Positions 11,997-27,229 of a stretch of 64,000 nucleotides of DNA are shown here, in pieces. This DNA comes from Eledone cirrhosa (lineage: Eukaryota). The stretch lies in the NCBI GenBank assembly GCA_964016885.1, contig OZ024740.1:365800001-365864000 (forward strand), written 5' to 3'. Numbering within the stretch: position 1 is the stretch's first letter; each line of letters opens with the position of its first letter. The notes under the pieces were generated by a model. The model was given only the letters and a program-made list of their open reading frames with translations. It had not been told where the DNA came from and ran no database searches. Position numbers and translations under genes: made by a program.

Positions 11997-14900
11997 TTTC
12001 ATCTCACATTCTTTGACTTTCTCACTGACTATTCTTGCTCTTCTGTGTCTCCTTATTGTTCTGATCTTGTTCTATTTACTTGTCATATTCCGGTGTATAT
12101 GTGATCTGCACATGCATGTGTGTTTGTGTCTTTGTGTGTATCTTTGTGTTTTGCTAATTCCACAAGCTTCTGTGTTTGGAATGTGTATGCATGTGTGTAT
12201 GAGTGCCTGTGCATGTATATCTTGTTTCTCCTCTAAGTCTCTGTGCATGTATTTCTTTTTCCATTCTCTCTCTCATTGTCACTAGGTAGTTGTTATTCTA
12301 TTCCTATCTTCTATCAGATGGGTTTATGTTTGTTTATGTACCCTTTTACATTTATTCTTATGTGTCCTTACATTGTCATCAGTCACTAGATTATGGGGTT
12401 GTTGTTATTCCATTCATGCTTTCTATTTGATTGTGTCTCCAGGACTACCACCTTACAAAGTGGACTGGGTGCATTTCATCATGACCCCAGCATTACCACT
12501 TTACAGAATGGGTTGAATGCATTTTTATCATGGCTCATCCATTTTGGAAAAAAGGATGTGCTTAAACAGCCATATTCTTTACCCTTGTGGCATCTAATAA
12601 TTGTTTGATTTAGGCACTAGGCTAACAATTTTTTGGGAGGGGAAAGTCAATTAAATCCACTCTATAAGGATGAAAGGCAAAACTAATCTTGGCAGGATTT
12701 AAAATAAATACATAAAGGACTGTAACTCTATATGAAGCATGGCATCTGACACTACAAATACTACCAAACCACCACACTCTTGTGGCATCTAATAGTTCCA
12801 GGAACTGAAAATCTCAACTGGAATATCCACATCAACAAATAAGTTGTTATGGTTCATGATGAACATTTTGATCCTCAGAAATTTCTGGTCCTGAGTCATG
12901 CGTAGAATGATGTAGCCCCCCCCCCCCCCCCCCCACCTACACCTACTTTTGGTCTCCCTACATCAAACAATTGAAGGACAATTGAAACACTCCATGAGTA
13001 TTGACGTACATGTACGTCAATACTCATCTTTTTCCATTTCTCTGAGGGTTCTAAACCCCACTATCAGGCTAAAATTTCTTTGTCAAAAATACAGCAAAAG
13101 CTTCTATTTCTAATTTCAAACTCACTCACTATTTCAAAACATATATATATATACATTATATGACATGACTGAATGTGATTACCGGGATTGCCTCAAAATA
13201 CCCAAACTTTACTCTCTCCAACACCACCATAAGCATTACATTATTTGTACAGTGGGGAAAATATCCCATCAACATTACCAAAGCGATGCTAGTGTAACAA
13301 ATGCAATCAAATTGACTTAAACTTTTGTTCCTAAGTTGGCTAGGTAGGTCATTGAGACCAAGCATGCTGACCTTTTGGTCTCAGATATATGGGTCCTTTG
13401 CTTGGGATTAGTGTTGCCAGGTTGTCTGGGAGAAAGGTTTTCTAGAGGCCATCCGCAGATTGTCAGGAGATAATGCTATCCTCATAAAATGGTCTGCCCT
13501 TGGCTGTCCAAGCAGTCAGTCTAGTTCAGTTTATTCTAGTGACCAGAACAATGTAATTGTCAACAGATACTGACTTCAGCCCTTTCGGCCAGCAAGCCAA
13601 CACAGCCATACAACCATTCAGTGAGTCCCATGCATTTTTTCAGACTAATACAATATTCACACATACACATCACATCTGATTCATAACATCGCACAATTCA
13701 ACTGTGGTTATTTCTTCTTTGTGTATTGTTGTTATAACTTCAAGGAAAGTTATATTTAATAAATTAGTAACATAGTGGCTGTGTTATTGCAGTTTTTATA
13801 TTTCATTACCTATGTGATCAGGGCAAATCACTTACCCAAGGAATCATCATATCATCATCATAAGGAACTTACTTGCTTACTTGCATACCTGCAATTTCTG
13901 ATTATAAACGTACAGGTACATTAATCTTCCCCCACATACACTCTATGCAACAGTAACCACATTACTGAGCAATCCACAAATTAGTACACACACAACCATG
14001 CATCATAACATTAAGCCTGCTATCATCATCATCATCATCATTTTACGTCAATGTTTCCATGCTAACATGGGTTAGACAGATTGTCCTGTTGTGGGCAATG
14101 TCAAGTCAAAGGAATGCACAATTTTTTTTACAGGGAGTGTGATAGAGAGGATGAGAGAAAGAGATATAGAGTAAAAATCAACTCCAGTACTGGACTAGTA
14201 CATTTTTTAACAACCTCAAAAGGATGAAAGGCAAAGTTGACCTCTGTGGTATTTGAATTCAGGGCACAGAGAGCTAGAATAAATACTGAAAGCATTCCAT
14301 CTGACGTTCTAACATCTCTGCTAATAGATCTAAAAAAAGAAAACAATATATTATAACCATATTACTTGAAAGTGTTTGTGGCAGCTGAGAGAATCATAGA
14401 CATCAGTTCATATGCGAAACAGCTATTGATCACATTTCTTTCTTTTTTATCTATTTCCATTTCTAAACTTTGTCATAATGTCTTAGAACATATTCCAAGT
14501 CCCACCACCACTATCAATAACACCACCACCACCACCATTACTACAAACAGTACTACCACCTACAAAAGGAAGATTTTAGATGACTACTGAAAGTTTAGCT
14601 GAACATTTAGCATTCATGGGTCTGTAGAACAGCATCAGTGAACTTGTAAGTTCACATAATATCAATTAACAACTATGTGACTTGGGCCAACAATTTGTAA
14701 CCCTTTGACATCAATCCACCTGTGTTTACTTCTGGTTCTATGATACCACAGCCCATGTGAAAGTGTCCATATTTAAATTAAAGCTTTATCATAATTTTCT
14801 TTGGTTCCAAACAGTAGTTTAATAATGAAAAATTCTATTATTTTATGAAATCCCTTCCAATTTTTTCAAAATTAATTAAAAATTTGAATGTGTAAGGGTT

Positions 14901-15539
14901 TATAGTTTTGGCTACATGGCTACATAAAAAGGCAGTGTGGATTACAGAACATCAGTTATCAACCCATCAGCCAATATAAGAAATGGTGAGGTCAGATTGA
15001 TTGTGATAATATGCTGAACAGCCAACTTGCCCAACCTATGATGCCAACACCGAAAAACAGATGCTAAGCTGATGACTGAGCTGCTGTTAAAAATAATGAT
15101 TTGTCTATACTCCTTAACTGGATATTTGGTTATGTAAGAAATCAATATGAAAGTCTGAAATAGTGACAGAAGCAATGCTATGCCAATGTTTAGGTATCAT
15201 TTATAGAATATTACACCAATGAAGAAGGGTGAAAATAACTGCAACAACACCAAACAAGTTAAGGCCATTTTTCCTTCTAAAACAGAACTTGTCTTATGAA
15301 CATTAAGATAGGTTAGGTTTCATACTTGTCATGGGGTCCTATAAGGCAATGTTTTACAGCTGGTTGCCCTTCCTAAAGATGCATTAAATAATAAAGTGTG
15401 TAACCCTTTCACACCAATCCACCTGTGTCTACTTCTGGTTCTATGATGCACACAATCCATGTGAAAGTGGTTAAGGTATTGGATCATAATGTCATAGGTT
15501 TGATTCCTGGACCAGGTGGTACATTGTGCCTCTCGCACC

Positions 15540-16700
15540 TAAAATTGGGCCAAAAGGAAACTATACCTGAAAGATCGCAGAGATGGCGAATACGTACATC
15601 ATCTACTACCGATTGACCGTTGTGCTCTAACTTGGTCCATGTCTGATCATACTGGAGCATTTGCTTTTTCACTTTTTGTGGAAACGATGCATGCTAATGG
15701 TCAAGTGGTTCATTTGCTGCCAATACTCAATGTATGTAGGACTAGACATGAGTGGCTGATGATGCACAAACAAGCACTGAGGCTACGTCATCTCCAGCTA
15801 GACATGTATCACCATTTGCTAGACATGTATTTCCACAGCTCGTCTATTTGACAGAGCTGTAGATCTGGGTCAAGCAAGACTGAAAGGGAGGACTTGTAAA
15901 CTGGAATGTCTTCAAGCACTCACACCCTTCAGCCAATCAAGCAGTATAATTGGTAGAAACTCTATCTTAGCATTCTATAGCAGATTAAAACGATGACATT
16001 CTAGCAACTCTTTGGTCCGAGGACCAGTGATAACTTCCAGAAATCTGTGGCCTGGTGGTACTACCAGGGAGCAATGACAGTTCAGGATAAACTCTACAGG
16101 CATGGAAGTGCTGTCTTCCGAGCATATCTGAGATGTGCGCAAGGTGACAAAACCATTCTGCATGCACTCTTCAAGCGTCTTAGTACTGTGGGTTTATGTT
16201 GAACACCTGCTATCACATGTGGGACGGATCCAGCTATCAGCTGAGTTCATTGTGAAGATTGTCCCACTGCCTTCCTTTAGTCAGGAAGGACAGGCAGTTT
16301 TTCTCTGCCTGCTAGCTGAGGAAAAAGAGGCCATTTGGTGGACAAATTTAAAAGGGTTGAAAAGAAGAGCTTTCCTCTTAGGCAAAACCCTGATTAACTT
16401 TTTTAGGTTTACTTGAAGAAGAAAATCAGGGTGGAGAGGGAAGTGCTACTTTCCACTCAGTTGCTGAAAGGTGGGTGAGTGTGGCAAGCATGACCTGAGT
16501 GAAGGGGTCTGCTCTGAGTGTGCACCTGTAGATTGGAAGAGGACAGTTGCTGTAGTAGTCAGGATGACTGTGGCTTTTGCTGGGCTTACTCTACAAGTGA
16601 CCTTTGGAGGTTTCTCCCTATTGGGGATTTTGTTTTTGTTTGAATTTTACAATTTTCACTGTTTTTCTTAATGTGAGCCCTGTGTGGCTAATAAAGAAAT
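15540..16700. mobile_element. Degenerate Tx1/L1-like LINE fragments
   Basis: 16320-16480 (EAIWWTNLKGL...FL..KTLINFF) is homologous to 63570-63750; 3' AATAAAG plus (ATT)n tail near 16690. Confidence 0.55.
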
Positions 16701-18264
16701 CATTATCATTATTATTATTATTTTGTAAAGGATATATATATATGAATATCTAATTATTTATTGTCGATATTTTAAACAATTCAGCTACCAAAGATTATAT
16801 ATAATTATACGAGGCTGCAGAAATGGCAACCAAAACCAACTCAACACGCTACCGTCTAAAAAAAAAGGAAGGAAGCATTAAATGATAGTAGCCCTATATA
16901 TTCCTTTCAAAAAGACGGGATGGTCACAATTGAAATACGTTTCCTCGTAGGTCTGTTCAATAATAACTTGGGGCTAAACAACAATATATGTGATATTTAA
17001 AAGGTAGCTTGAAGTAGCTAAATCAGAATTTCCTTTAAACTAAAACATCCCTGTTGTTGTTAATACGTTATTTACTAATCTTTCGCTGGCCATCGAACGA
17101 CATTATACTAGCTGTCGGTCGACAAAAGTGAAAGAGAAGTGCTAAACCTAAAGATCGCTGGCAGAAAAAACATTCGTTGGAAGGAATAAGGAGCCTCTAC
17201 TAAGTCGATCAACCCGCTAGAAATAGCAACAACACTGCACTCAAATCACATTCATCACCTTAAAAAAAGAAAGAAGAAAACGGCGATGTCAATAAGAGCC
17301 TCTATGTGGTCACGCGACAGGCTAGAAATAGCGACCAAATTACCCGCAAATCACACCGAACCTTCATAAAAAGAGTAGTATACATTTGATGATGTAGTCC
17401 TTGATGCACTGTGTCTGAAGAGAAAAAACAACAACTAATGGTTAATTGCTATTTACTTAGATTTCAAGCAATGATCAGTTTTGATAGTACAATAGCCTTT
17501 AATACAGAAACTATGAAATGAAAATAAAAAAGGGGAACGCTAAAAATACAATAAAATACATTTCAGAAAAATAACCCAATTACAAATCCGAAAGCTAAAT
17601 TAATAACGAATAATTAAATGTAAATATAATGCCCAAGGAAGCTGGAAGCAGCAACTTCGCTGTAACAAAAGAAAGGGATAAAAAAAAAAAAAGAAATCTG
17701 TCGAAGCGTCCGTGTATTTGTTTCTCTCAGCATGAGTGTGTGTGGAAGGGAGTGATAGAAAATCTTTCCCTCTCTGCCCACTCCAGCTTTCACTTTCGCT
17801 TCCTATCTCTCCCGCTCTCGCGTAACTCTCACGCACACACACACACATTTGGTTACGTGTGTCATTTAATGGAGGTCACACGAGCACGCAGTTGTTCCCC
17901 TACTTCCATCACCTTAAATCTCTGTTTCTCTCGCTCACTTTCAAGCACATGGGTTTGCACGGATTTAATGAGAATTATCCCCCTTCGTTGTAAGCCAAGC
18001 CAAGGCTCTTTCTTAATTGGTCACCTGAAAGCCAAGCTTGGTTGGCGTAGCCGCAATACAAAGAACAACGGCACAACTGGCCACAATCACACTTCATATA
18101 TTCACTCACGCATACACTTTCGGACAATAATCAACAAAATAAGAAAGAAAAAAGACGATTTTTTGTTATTTCTTTTTGAAGCCACAAGATTTTTGTTACA
18201 TTATATTGCCCTGCTTTATTTATTTTGTTTTTAAGTCTCAATATGGTCAAAATGTTATAAACTC

Positions 18265-18470
18265 TTTCTAACATTGACACAAGACCAGAAATTTGGGGGG
18301 AGGGGAAAGTCAATTATATCGACCCTAGTATTTAATGGGTACTTTATTTTATTGACCTCGGAAGGCTGAAAGGTAAAGTTGATAGGCGAGATTTGAATTC
18401 ATATCGTAGAAAGTCGTAGTTATATGCCCGAAATCATTTTACCCATCGCTCTACTGATACTGACAATCCC
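18265..18470 (-). mobile_element. tRNA-derived SINE family 1, diverged
   Basis: Same central domain and tail as 6305-6492. Confidence 0.7.
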
Positions 18471-19044
18471 CTAATATAACAAAAAGAAAAGTCTGATGTT
18501 TTCTATTGCGTGCAAACGAAAACATTTAGAATAGAAAGTTTAGTTCTATAACTGTTTAATTCTACATGACACTACTCAACAAATAAACTTGATGTGTGTA
18601 CACATCTTACTCTCACCTTCTTTATATATATATATATGTGAGAGAGAAAGAGGTAAAACACTGCGATGAAAAGTTTACTTACTAAAGCCTGCACCGACCA
18701 TCGAATATACCTTGTGTGGGAAATTTTTCTTTGCAAACATCGACCTTTTTTTATTGCTGAAATATTGTGATGCTTTCACAATAAAATACATTCAGAAAAC
18801 ATGGGAAAGTGGAACTACTGACGCCGCGATAAAAGCACATTCTTTTCAGTGGGGTGGTAGTGATGGTGCAACGAGAAAACGAATAATCCGGTACACGCCA
18901 CAAAATAGTTGACGTTAGGAAGGGCATCCAGTCGTAGAAATCATGCCGAAATGGAACATATGAACAAGACAGTATCTGTCATATCTAGCTTCAGAACGTG
19001 ACAACCCGTGCAAACAATAGGCGTAAAACGGTGGTGATGATGAT

Positions 19045-19105
<61 letters not shown>

Positions 19106-19575
19106 TGTCCGTCCAGAAAAACAAGAATACAATATAATGATATATATATTAGTTTAATGCTTGATGTTTGATATAGAAGGGCAAATATCTTAACGTTTCG
19201 AACGTCACTCTTTCATCGGACTATGGAATGAAAGAGAGAGAGAAAGAAAATAATAAGAACAGAAAGAAAAGAGGAACATTTTAGACAGGAGGAAAATAAG
19301 TGTGTAGATCGTCAGTCATTTTGAAAGTTTGACAGTATATCAATGTATGTTTTACGTATACTGATAGAAAGAAACGTAAACTGAACAAGCACTCAAAGTA
19401 TTTAAATAGAATATATAATGTATTGGCAAAGGTTGTTAGTGACTTCGAAATTGCTTCATCGGATATATAGTTTCATAATGTGGTTCTGGGTTCAGTCCCG
19501 TTGCGGAGCACTTTGGGCAATGTTCACCAATGCCTCGTGAGTGGTATTTAGCAGACGGAAACTCCAGTAGCTCCT

Positions 19576-19638
<63 letters not shown>

Positions 19639-19804
19639 TGTGTGTGTGTGTTAGTGTTTATGACTGTATCTGTGCTTCGTAACTTAGATCAATGAAAAAT
19701 ACTGGAGTCGGTTTGATGACTAAAATGAAGGTGGCACCCCAGCATGGCCGCAGTCGAATGCCTGATTTAATCGATCACATTGACCCCAGTACTTATTTCA
19801 TCGA

Positions 19805-19907
<103 letters not shown>

Positions 19908-22309
19908 AAATGAAAATAAATGTTTTGTAATCTTTAACAGTATATACGTACAAGCTTTGATTCGTTATAAAACATACTATACTTAAAATATAGCTTTTTA
20001 ACAAAATAAACATGCCTGGATTGTTGTAAACTGTGAAAAAAGATATTTCGGAAAGTTACTGTTATAAATCTTTTGGTCTATTTAATTTGATCGCTGTAAA
20101 AAAGCATATAAAATAAATACAGAAGAAATATATAAAATAATTTTCTAAAAAAAAAATTAAGTATTAAAAGGGGGAAATTTCATACGAATGTCAAGGGACA
20201 AGTGGAATGGAAGAATACTGAGAAAGCGGCGTGAGTTTTGTGAGAATACAAAGAAAGAAGTAGTCAGGGGAGGTCAGTCATCACAGTAAATTGTCAGTAA
20301 CCAAAGAAATCTTAGGATATAATAGAAATAGTAATCAGTTAAATATTGCAATAAAATATACTTTTTTTGTTAATAATTACTTTGGAATAAGATATTGATA
20401 CTTAATTCCTTAAATATAAATATGTTAGAAATAATAATATATTTTGGTTGTATCATTAAATATCACAAACTATACCAGAAACTCATCTTAGCCCAAACAA
20501 AAATTTAGAAAGAAATTTTTTTAAAATATACCTCCTACATCAGTATATTTGAAACAATTACAAAAAAACAACAACAAAAAACAGAAGTTTATATGTGGGG
20601 GCGGGGTGAATTATCACATTTTCTTCTATAACACCACATATAAACAATAAAACACGAGGTTACTAAACATTAATTCAATCTGATTAAACTAAAGTCTATT
20701 ACGAAAATGTGTTCTTATAAGGTTTTTTTCGTTAAGAAATGTTCTAATAAACAAGAAAAACGTCATACACACATGCACACATAATATGGTGAAAGAAAGG
20801 GCGTGATGATAAAAACTAACTATTTCTTAAATGTAACATCATCTTAGAGAAATATAATTTAAGTTTGAAAATTTAGTGGCTAAAAATGAATAGAATTAAT
20901 TACAGATTTCGTTTTGTCACCTTTCCTTACTTTATACTATAATAATTAGAAGAAAAGCTAAATCTTACAATATAATTGATATTTTCACAACAAACTAAGA
21001 CACATGTTCGAGAAAAAAAAAACATAACTAGTATTGAGAATGTAGTTCATAGTTTATTAAGGAAATCTATTTGATAATATTTATTTCTAATAAGTGTATG
21101 AAGTGATAATAAGGCTTCACAGAAAAACATGTATTATTAGTTATTAGTTTATTAAATTAAAAATATGATTAAAATATTTAGGTTAAATCATACAATATTA
21201 ATTCAGTAAGAGCTGGATCGATAAAATATTTTAAATCGTTTGATAAAGCTTTAAACATGAGGTTTAAAATCACTCAGGTCACCACGAAAGAGAGTACGTG
21301 CAAAAATTGTTAAATAATGGACTCTGACAATTTTGGTTCAAACCTAATCAGTTCTTATATTTTAATTTTTCATTATTCTTTATTGATCTAAATTTCCATA
21401 TAGATTTAACCTTATTATTTTTCACATTTCTATTAAAAAGATCTGTTTTTGCAATATTTTGTCTACTCATTTTTAGATTTAAAACTTTGCCGACTTTTAA
21501 CACGCTGAAAGAAAAAAACATACAACCTTTACATAAAATATAACCAGCGGTTTGAAATGGTAGACATTGGGAGAATGAAACTCAACGTTTGGAAAATGAT
21601 CTTACGAAATAAAACAAATTTCTTAATTTAAGAATTCAGAACAGATAAATAATGTTAAATGAAAGTAAAAGTAAAAGTAAAAGTGGAAGAGACAAATCCC
21701 AAGATGAACTATTGTTTTCTACAGAAGCCAGCGATAAAACAGAATCAGATCAACAAAGAATCACGCGACGTGTGCGATGGAAAGATTCTGGCAGAACTCC
21801 ATTCCGGAAAGCAGCAGAAATGTTGTGAAGAAGATGGGAAGGAAACAAAGAATTCCTCGACTAAATTATCACGAGGAACAAAACACAACTAATTACACGC
21901 GCCCACACGCACACATGCAGATATTATTCCCCAAAGAGAAACCGTCCTAATTGCAGTAAGGGATAAGTTTAGAGGAAATTAATAAATGTTATTGAAAGCG
22001 AATTAAAAACCCAGTTTTAGGAAACGTGATGTTGCTGACAATCGGCATGTGTGCACCACACATGCCGATTGTTTTTGGTAAAGCGATTTATATGAACATT
22101 TCCTGTGAACAGTTTTATAAAATGAGGAACAATACATATCGAAGATTTGACACAAACACAAAACAGCACATTAATGATCTAAAAATATAAGTTTATTCTT
22201 ATATATAAACACATAGATAGATAGATAGATTGATACATATATATACATGTGTTTGTGTATATGTATGTATGTGTGTCTGTGTGCGTGTGTGTATGCGAAT
22301 ATATACATA

Positions 22310-22430
22310 TATATATACATAGATACATACATACACACATACATACATACATACATACATACATACATACATACATACATACATACATACATAATACATA
22401 CATACATACATACATACATACATACATACA

Positions 22431-22460
<30 letters not shown>
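22310..22460. repeat. (TACA)n tetranucleotide microsatellite
   Basis: Direct reading. Confidence 0.95.
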
Positions 22461-22461
<1 letters not shown>

Positions 22462-22749
22462 TCAACATACACAAAGCGACTTGATAAAATACAATACAAT
22501 AGGAAAATCGGAACGAAAGGAAACAAGGGATGGTAAAAGAAAGAAGAGTACGGGGGAGGAAACAGAAAACAAGGTTCCAGACAGAGTGCAATGTTACTGT
22601 CTGTGAGGAATTTCCATTAACGAAGTGTCACGTCTGCTTCCGCTGATAAAGTAGGTTGGTGGATATATACCTTGCCGATATATGAAATTTCTGGCAAACA
22701 TTGGTTGGAACCACCCGAAGTTATAAAGTCCATGATTCCTCTGTGTTAT

Positions 22750-22829
<80 letters not shown>

Positions 22830-23493
22830 CAAATTAAATGCCTAAGTGTGAGCGTGTGCGTTATTTTGTTCACAACATTTTTATTTCAGAATTCTTTCAT
22901 TTTTATCATAGGCTACAAGGTTATATGTACCTATTTTTATCATGAACTCATTACTCGAAGATATGATTCTATAAGGCCGATGATCAAACATAAGCACACG
23001 AAACATACTACGCCGGCGTTGTTTAACATTTCGGTGTAAATATGAGCCGAACATAAAATACAAAATATAGATTAAAATATCACAAAGAAAAAGTGAAGGT
23101 AGAAATATTAAAGCAATACCAAATAGTAAGCATAAAGAAACGTATAATACATGATCCCTAATTACACATACATACACCCTAATAAAAAATATATTTTTTA
23201 AAAGATTCAAAATATTTTAGTTATTTAATTTACAATATATTCCTCAGATTCTGGGGAATACATTTTAAACTAAGATCTTGTTTAAAAAATATCATTATTT
23301 AGTTTAACACATCTGTAAAAAATATAAGCAAAAACTAGAATATAGCTGATATTTCGAAATGCTTCAAGACATACATATAATCGCTCCTTTATAACGATAT
23401 ACACAAATAATAGACAACATACAAAAACGTCAAAAATACACATACATAATTCACATATAATTGTGTATATATAATTCTACACACACACACATA

Positions 23494-23552
<59 letters not shown>

Positions 23553-23720
23553 GACATATAATCCAAACAAAATATTCACACACATACTTTTTAATACTCA
23601 TATAGAGTACGAACATAGAGAAAACAATACATAGAAGATACACATTATTTTCCGTATAAACAAGAAACACACATGTATGTATGAATGTTGAGGTATAAAT
23701 TGAATAGAAACAAGAATTAC

Positions 23721-23862
23721 CTGTTCGAGATGATCCCTCCATATAATTTTAATTAAAAAAAATAACATTAAAATGTAATGATTGATAGAAAACAATTCAA
23801 TGAAAGCCGCATGCACATCCAGTTGTAAAAAAGACACTTCGATCTTCCGATAATAACAATCA
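23721..23862 (-). other. Candidate spliced exon of an unidentified host transcript
   Basis: Strong acceptor CTTTTTTTTTCTCTTCTCTTTCTCACAG and donor CAG|GTAATT in non-repetitive sequence. Could carry a start (MEGSSRT). Confidence 0.4.
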
Positions 23863-24941
23863 CTGTGAGAAAGAGAAGAGAAAAAAAAAGATTCTTGGAA
23901 TCTTAGAGTTGTCCCCCTTGTTAGTTTCGTGTAATTTTTAAAAATTTGTTTCCTTTAGCAAACAACAAACAAGAGATATATAATTTGGCTGTTATCCTCT
24001 TTAATTTTTTTTAATAGTGTCTTCATTAGATTTCTTAGCTGGAAAATTAAATATATATTATTGTTGGAGTATATGTGTATAACTCCAGTGACTTCAGCTG
24101 CACACACGATAAACACTAACGCATCTGCAGCTGCTTGTTCTAGATTTGACTGCGAACAATGACAATCTACGTTCAAGATGGCGCTCGCCATATGTAATTA
24201 ATATTCATATATGATTTTGTACACACACACATACACACACACACACTCGCATGCATACACTCACACACATGCCCACAAACATGCGTACACAATATTCATG
24301 ATACTGCTTAATACGTATAAAATACCTTTTTTTTTTGTTTCAATATAATACTAGGAACTAACAGTTTTTTAACAGATTATTTATTATAAAGAAAACTGTC
24401 TTTTCCTCTTTGTGAATAGGCACATATTGCAAGAAAAGGGAAGACGGGTAAATATAGCGCTGGAACATACTTTCGGCTACAGTTTTGTTATTAAGTGATG
24501 AGGCGTGAAACAAAGTGAAAAAGTTACGACTGGAAATCGAAACTAGATCACTTTCGGCTATTGAGCTCTTTTTTCTATGGCGATCGCAATCAGCTACAGT
24601 AACAATAATGATTTCCATCGACTACGCACAGGGCCCAAAATTTATGAAGGGGGACAACTAAGATATATTATTCATGTCTTTCCCCAGAGGGGCGTTGATT
24701 AGTACATGAGGAAACCGGGAGGTGAACTGAACTAAACTCATTACAACAATGATTTCTAGAATACACTTAATGCCTCACATCTGTAAGGAAATTGAACCAC
24801 GTACAGGTACTTCTTTTGGCGATCCTTCATATTACGACTATAAAATAAAAAGAATATCCAAAGAGAAACCAGAATGCAATACGAACTCGAACATCATTAA
24901 GTTGCTTAAAGACACAAACAATTATGCTTAATACAATATTT

Positions 24942-25316
24942 GATAATTGTTTCTACTTTTGGCACAAGGCCAGAATCACCCAGTACATTACTGGTACTCT
25001 ATTTTATCGACCCCGTAAGGATGAAAGGCAAAGTTAACCTCGGCGGGATTTGAACTCAGATCGTAAAGGGACGTAACTATGCTGGAAAGCATGGCGTCCG
25101 ACCCTCTAACCATTACAATACAATATTTGATTGGATTGGCAGTATCGGTAGAGAGTCGGACGCCATGCTTTCCAGCATAGTTACGTCCCTTTATGGTCTG
25201 AGTTCAAATCCCGCCGAGATTCACTTTGCCTTTCATCCTTACGGGGTCGATAAAATAGAGTACCAGTAATGTACTGGGTAATTTGTTGGTCTTGTGCCAA
25301 AAGTAGAAACAGTTAT
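24942..25316. mobile_element. Head-to-head pair of family 1 SINEs
   Basis: Minus copy 24942-25112 (flanked by duplicated AATACAATATTTGAT) and plus copy 25132-25316. Confidence 0.85.
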
Positions 25317-26296
25317 TATAAAATATGTAATTGTATAAAATATACATTTAATTGACTGTATATTTGTGAAGATTAATATAATAGTGACTCCGCCAGATAG
25401 TTTTTGTATAGGCAACGAAACAAAAAATCCGATAGGTATCAGGAATTCAAAGTCCCTCAAAAGTGAGAGCTTTTGTAAAAGTAAAAACTTCGAAAAGCTG
25501 TAAACTCAGGGGTAAAGAGAAAGTTGTATTCTTTATGCTACATTATATTATACAGTGTAAAATGAAAAACTAATATCTATCTTTTTTTTTTTTTTTAATC
25601 GTTGAAAGTTATTTTATTTCACAAAGCTGTTTATACAAAAACAAAACACTATCAAAGGGAACAAAAAAGCAAATGAAAAGAAGAAAAAGAAAAAAGAATA
25701 AAGCAACGAAAGGGACAGACACTATAGTCCAGTCTGAGTAGTGCATCAGCCGCACTCGGCGGACAAAATCCCAAAGGCATTACCACGGAGAATAGCCTGA
25801 GACACCTGCTGCGACAGCCACCTCACTCCACGGGGCTTTCTCTCCAAGCGGGTCACCGTCTTACAGATTTTACGGAGGAAATCAGCAGTGCAGGGACCAA
25901 AGACAACAGAGGTCTCGGCAGAGAAGGTACAAAGAAGATGCCATCGATCAGGCCCCTGTATTTAACTATCTTCCTCTCCACTGCATTGCGGTCATTGTGG
26001 CCGAAGCGACAAGGCTCGTGAAATTACAACTACAAATAACAATTAGACGGTACTTAATAATCAACACATAAAAAGTGAAAATCTTTCTTCTTTTCTTCGC
26101 CCATTTATTTCTGAGAGGTGGTAGCAGAGTCCTCAGACACGCCTTATCAGAAGCAACTGTCTCCAAATGATCTGGATGAATCCCCAGGCAAGACCAAAGG
26201 AGCTTACGGATATTATCCAACCAAGTTTGTCATTTGACCAACTTTAACCAAACGTTAAACTTCTGTTGTGTATGACTTGCATTATTCAATACCTTT

Positions 26297-26487
26297 AGGG
26301 CGGTGGATTGGCAGTATCGGTAGAGGGTCGGACGCCATGCTTTGACGCATAGAGTTACGGCCCTTGCCATTCTGAGTTCAAATCTCGCCGAGGTTAACTT
26401 TGCCTTTCATCCTTACGGGGTCGATAAAATAAAGTACCAGTAATACACTGGGTATTTGCTGGCCTTGTGTCAAAAGTAGAAACAATT
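26297..26487 (+). mobile_element. Full-length tRNA-derived SINE family 1
   Basis: GGGCGGTGGATTGGCAGTATCGGTAGAG A-box, GAGTTCAAATC B-box, TSD ATTATTCAATAC. Confidence 0.9.
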
Positions 26488-27229
26488 ATTCAATACTTTT
26501 GTTCTTTATTTAAGTCCGATAAACGTAAGGACCTTATACCTTTTAAATGATGCCTTCTAATTTCACATTAATTATGAATAGCATGATAATGTCATTAAGT
26601 TTCTACAGAAACATAATGTTGTTTGAAGAATTATTATTTGAGTATATGTTTAAGTGTTGATGTGAATGCGTGTATAAGTATTGGTTTGATTTTTCAGCAG
26701 CAACAGTATAATAGGTTTTAAATCTTTTTCTACGCCTTATTATTCGGAGGTATCCTGCATCGAAAAATGTCCTCATGAATTGAAGAATGAGAATATTGCG
26801 TCTCTTGATTCATTTTCAAGTAATTTTATCAATTTCCAAGAAATCAAAAACAAACTATCAGATTATCTTTGTCGATTTTTAAGGTTCGTCAAAAATTATA
26901 TATATCTGATATGTACCCAGCATATAATTATCAGATATCATAAAACTTTTTCTAGGTTATATTTCAGTTATTTTGAAAAGAATGCAGTTTTGTAAATACA
27001 ACTTTGTAAAATATACATTCAAGCAACAAATTTCAGTTAGACTCATGCCAGCTTTATTTATAAATGAAAATTAACGGAAACAAAAGAGGACAGTAAGAGT
27101 ATCATTCTACAATGGCAAGCAAGATTCTCTCGCGGAGACATATGCATTCTTGCCCTACCTCAGTTTTAAACTAAAGTAAGATAAAAATTAGTCTGTTAAA
27201 AGACTGCAAACAACCTTTTTTTTTTTTTT

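Noticed and set aside
14942-15290. Hydrophobic minus-strand ORF after an acceptor-like site
   Set aside because: In-frame stop and no recognisable family.
17629-18234. 201-aa ORF
   Set aside because: Low-complexity stretches and no domain; more like promoter or UTR sequence.
19185-19225. Minus-strand CCGATGA...GAAACGTT hammerhead-like motif
   Set aside because: Stem I does not pair and stem II is weak; at best a decayed copy.
22970-23060. CCGATGA...GAAA motif
   Set aside because: Stem II cannot form.
26297-26390. tRNA-like A and B boxes
   Set aside because: SINE head; no cloverleaf, and it continues into the SINE body.
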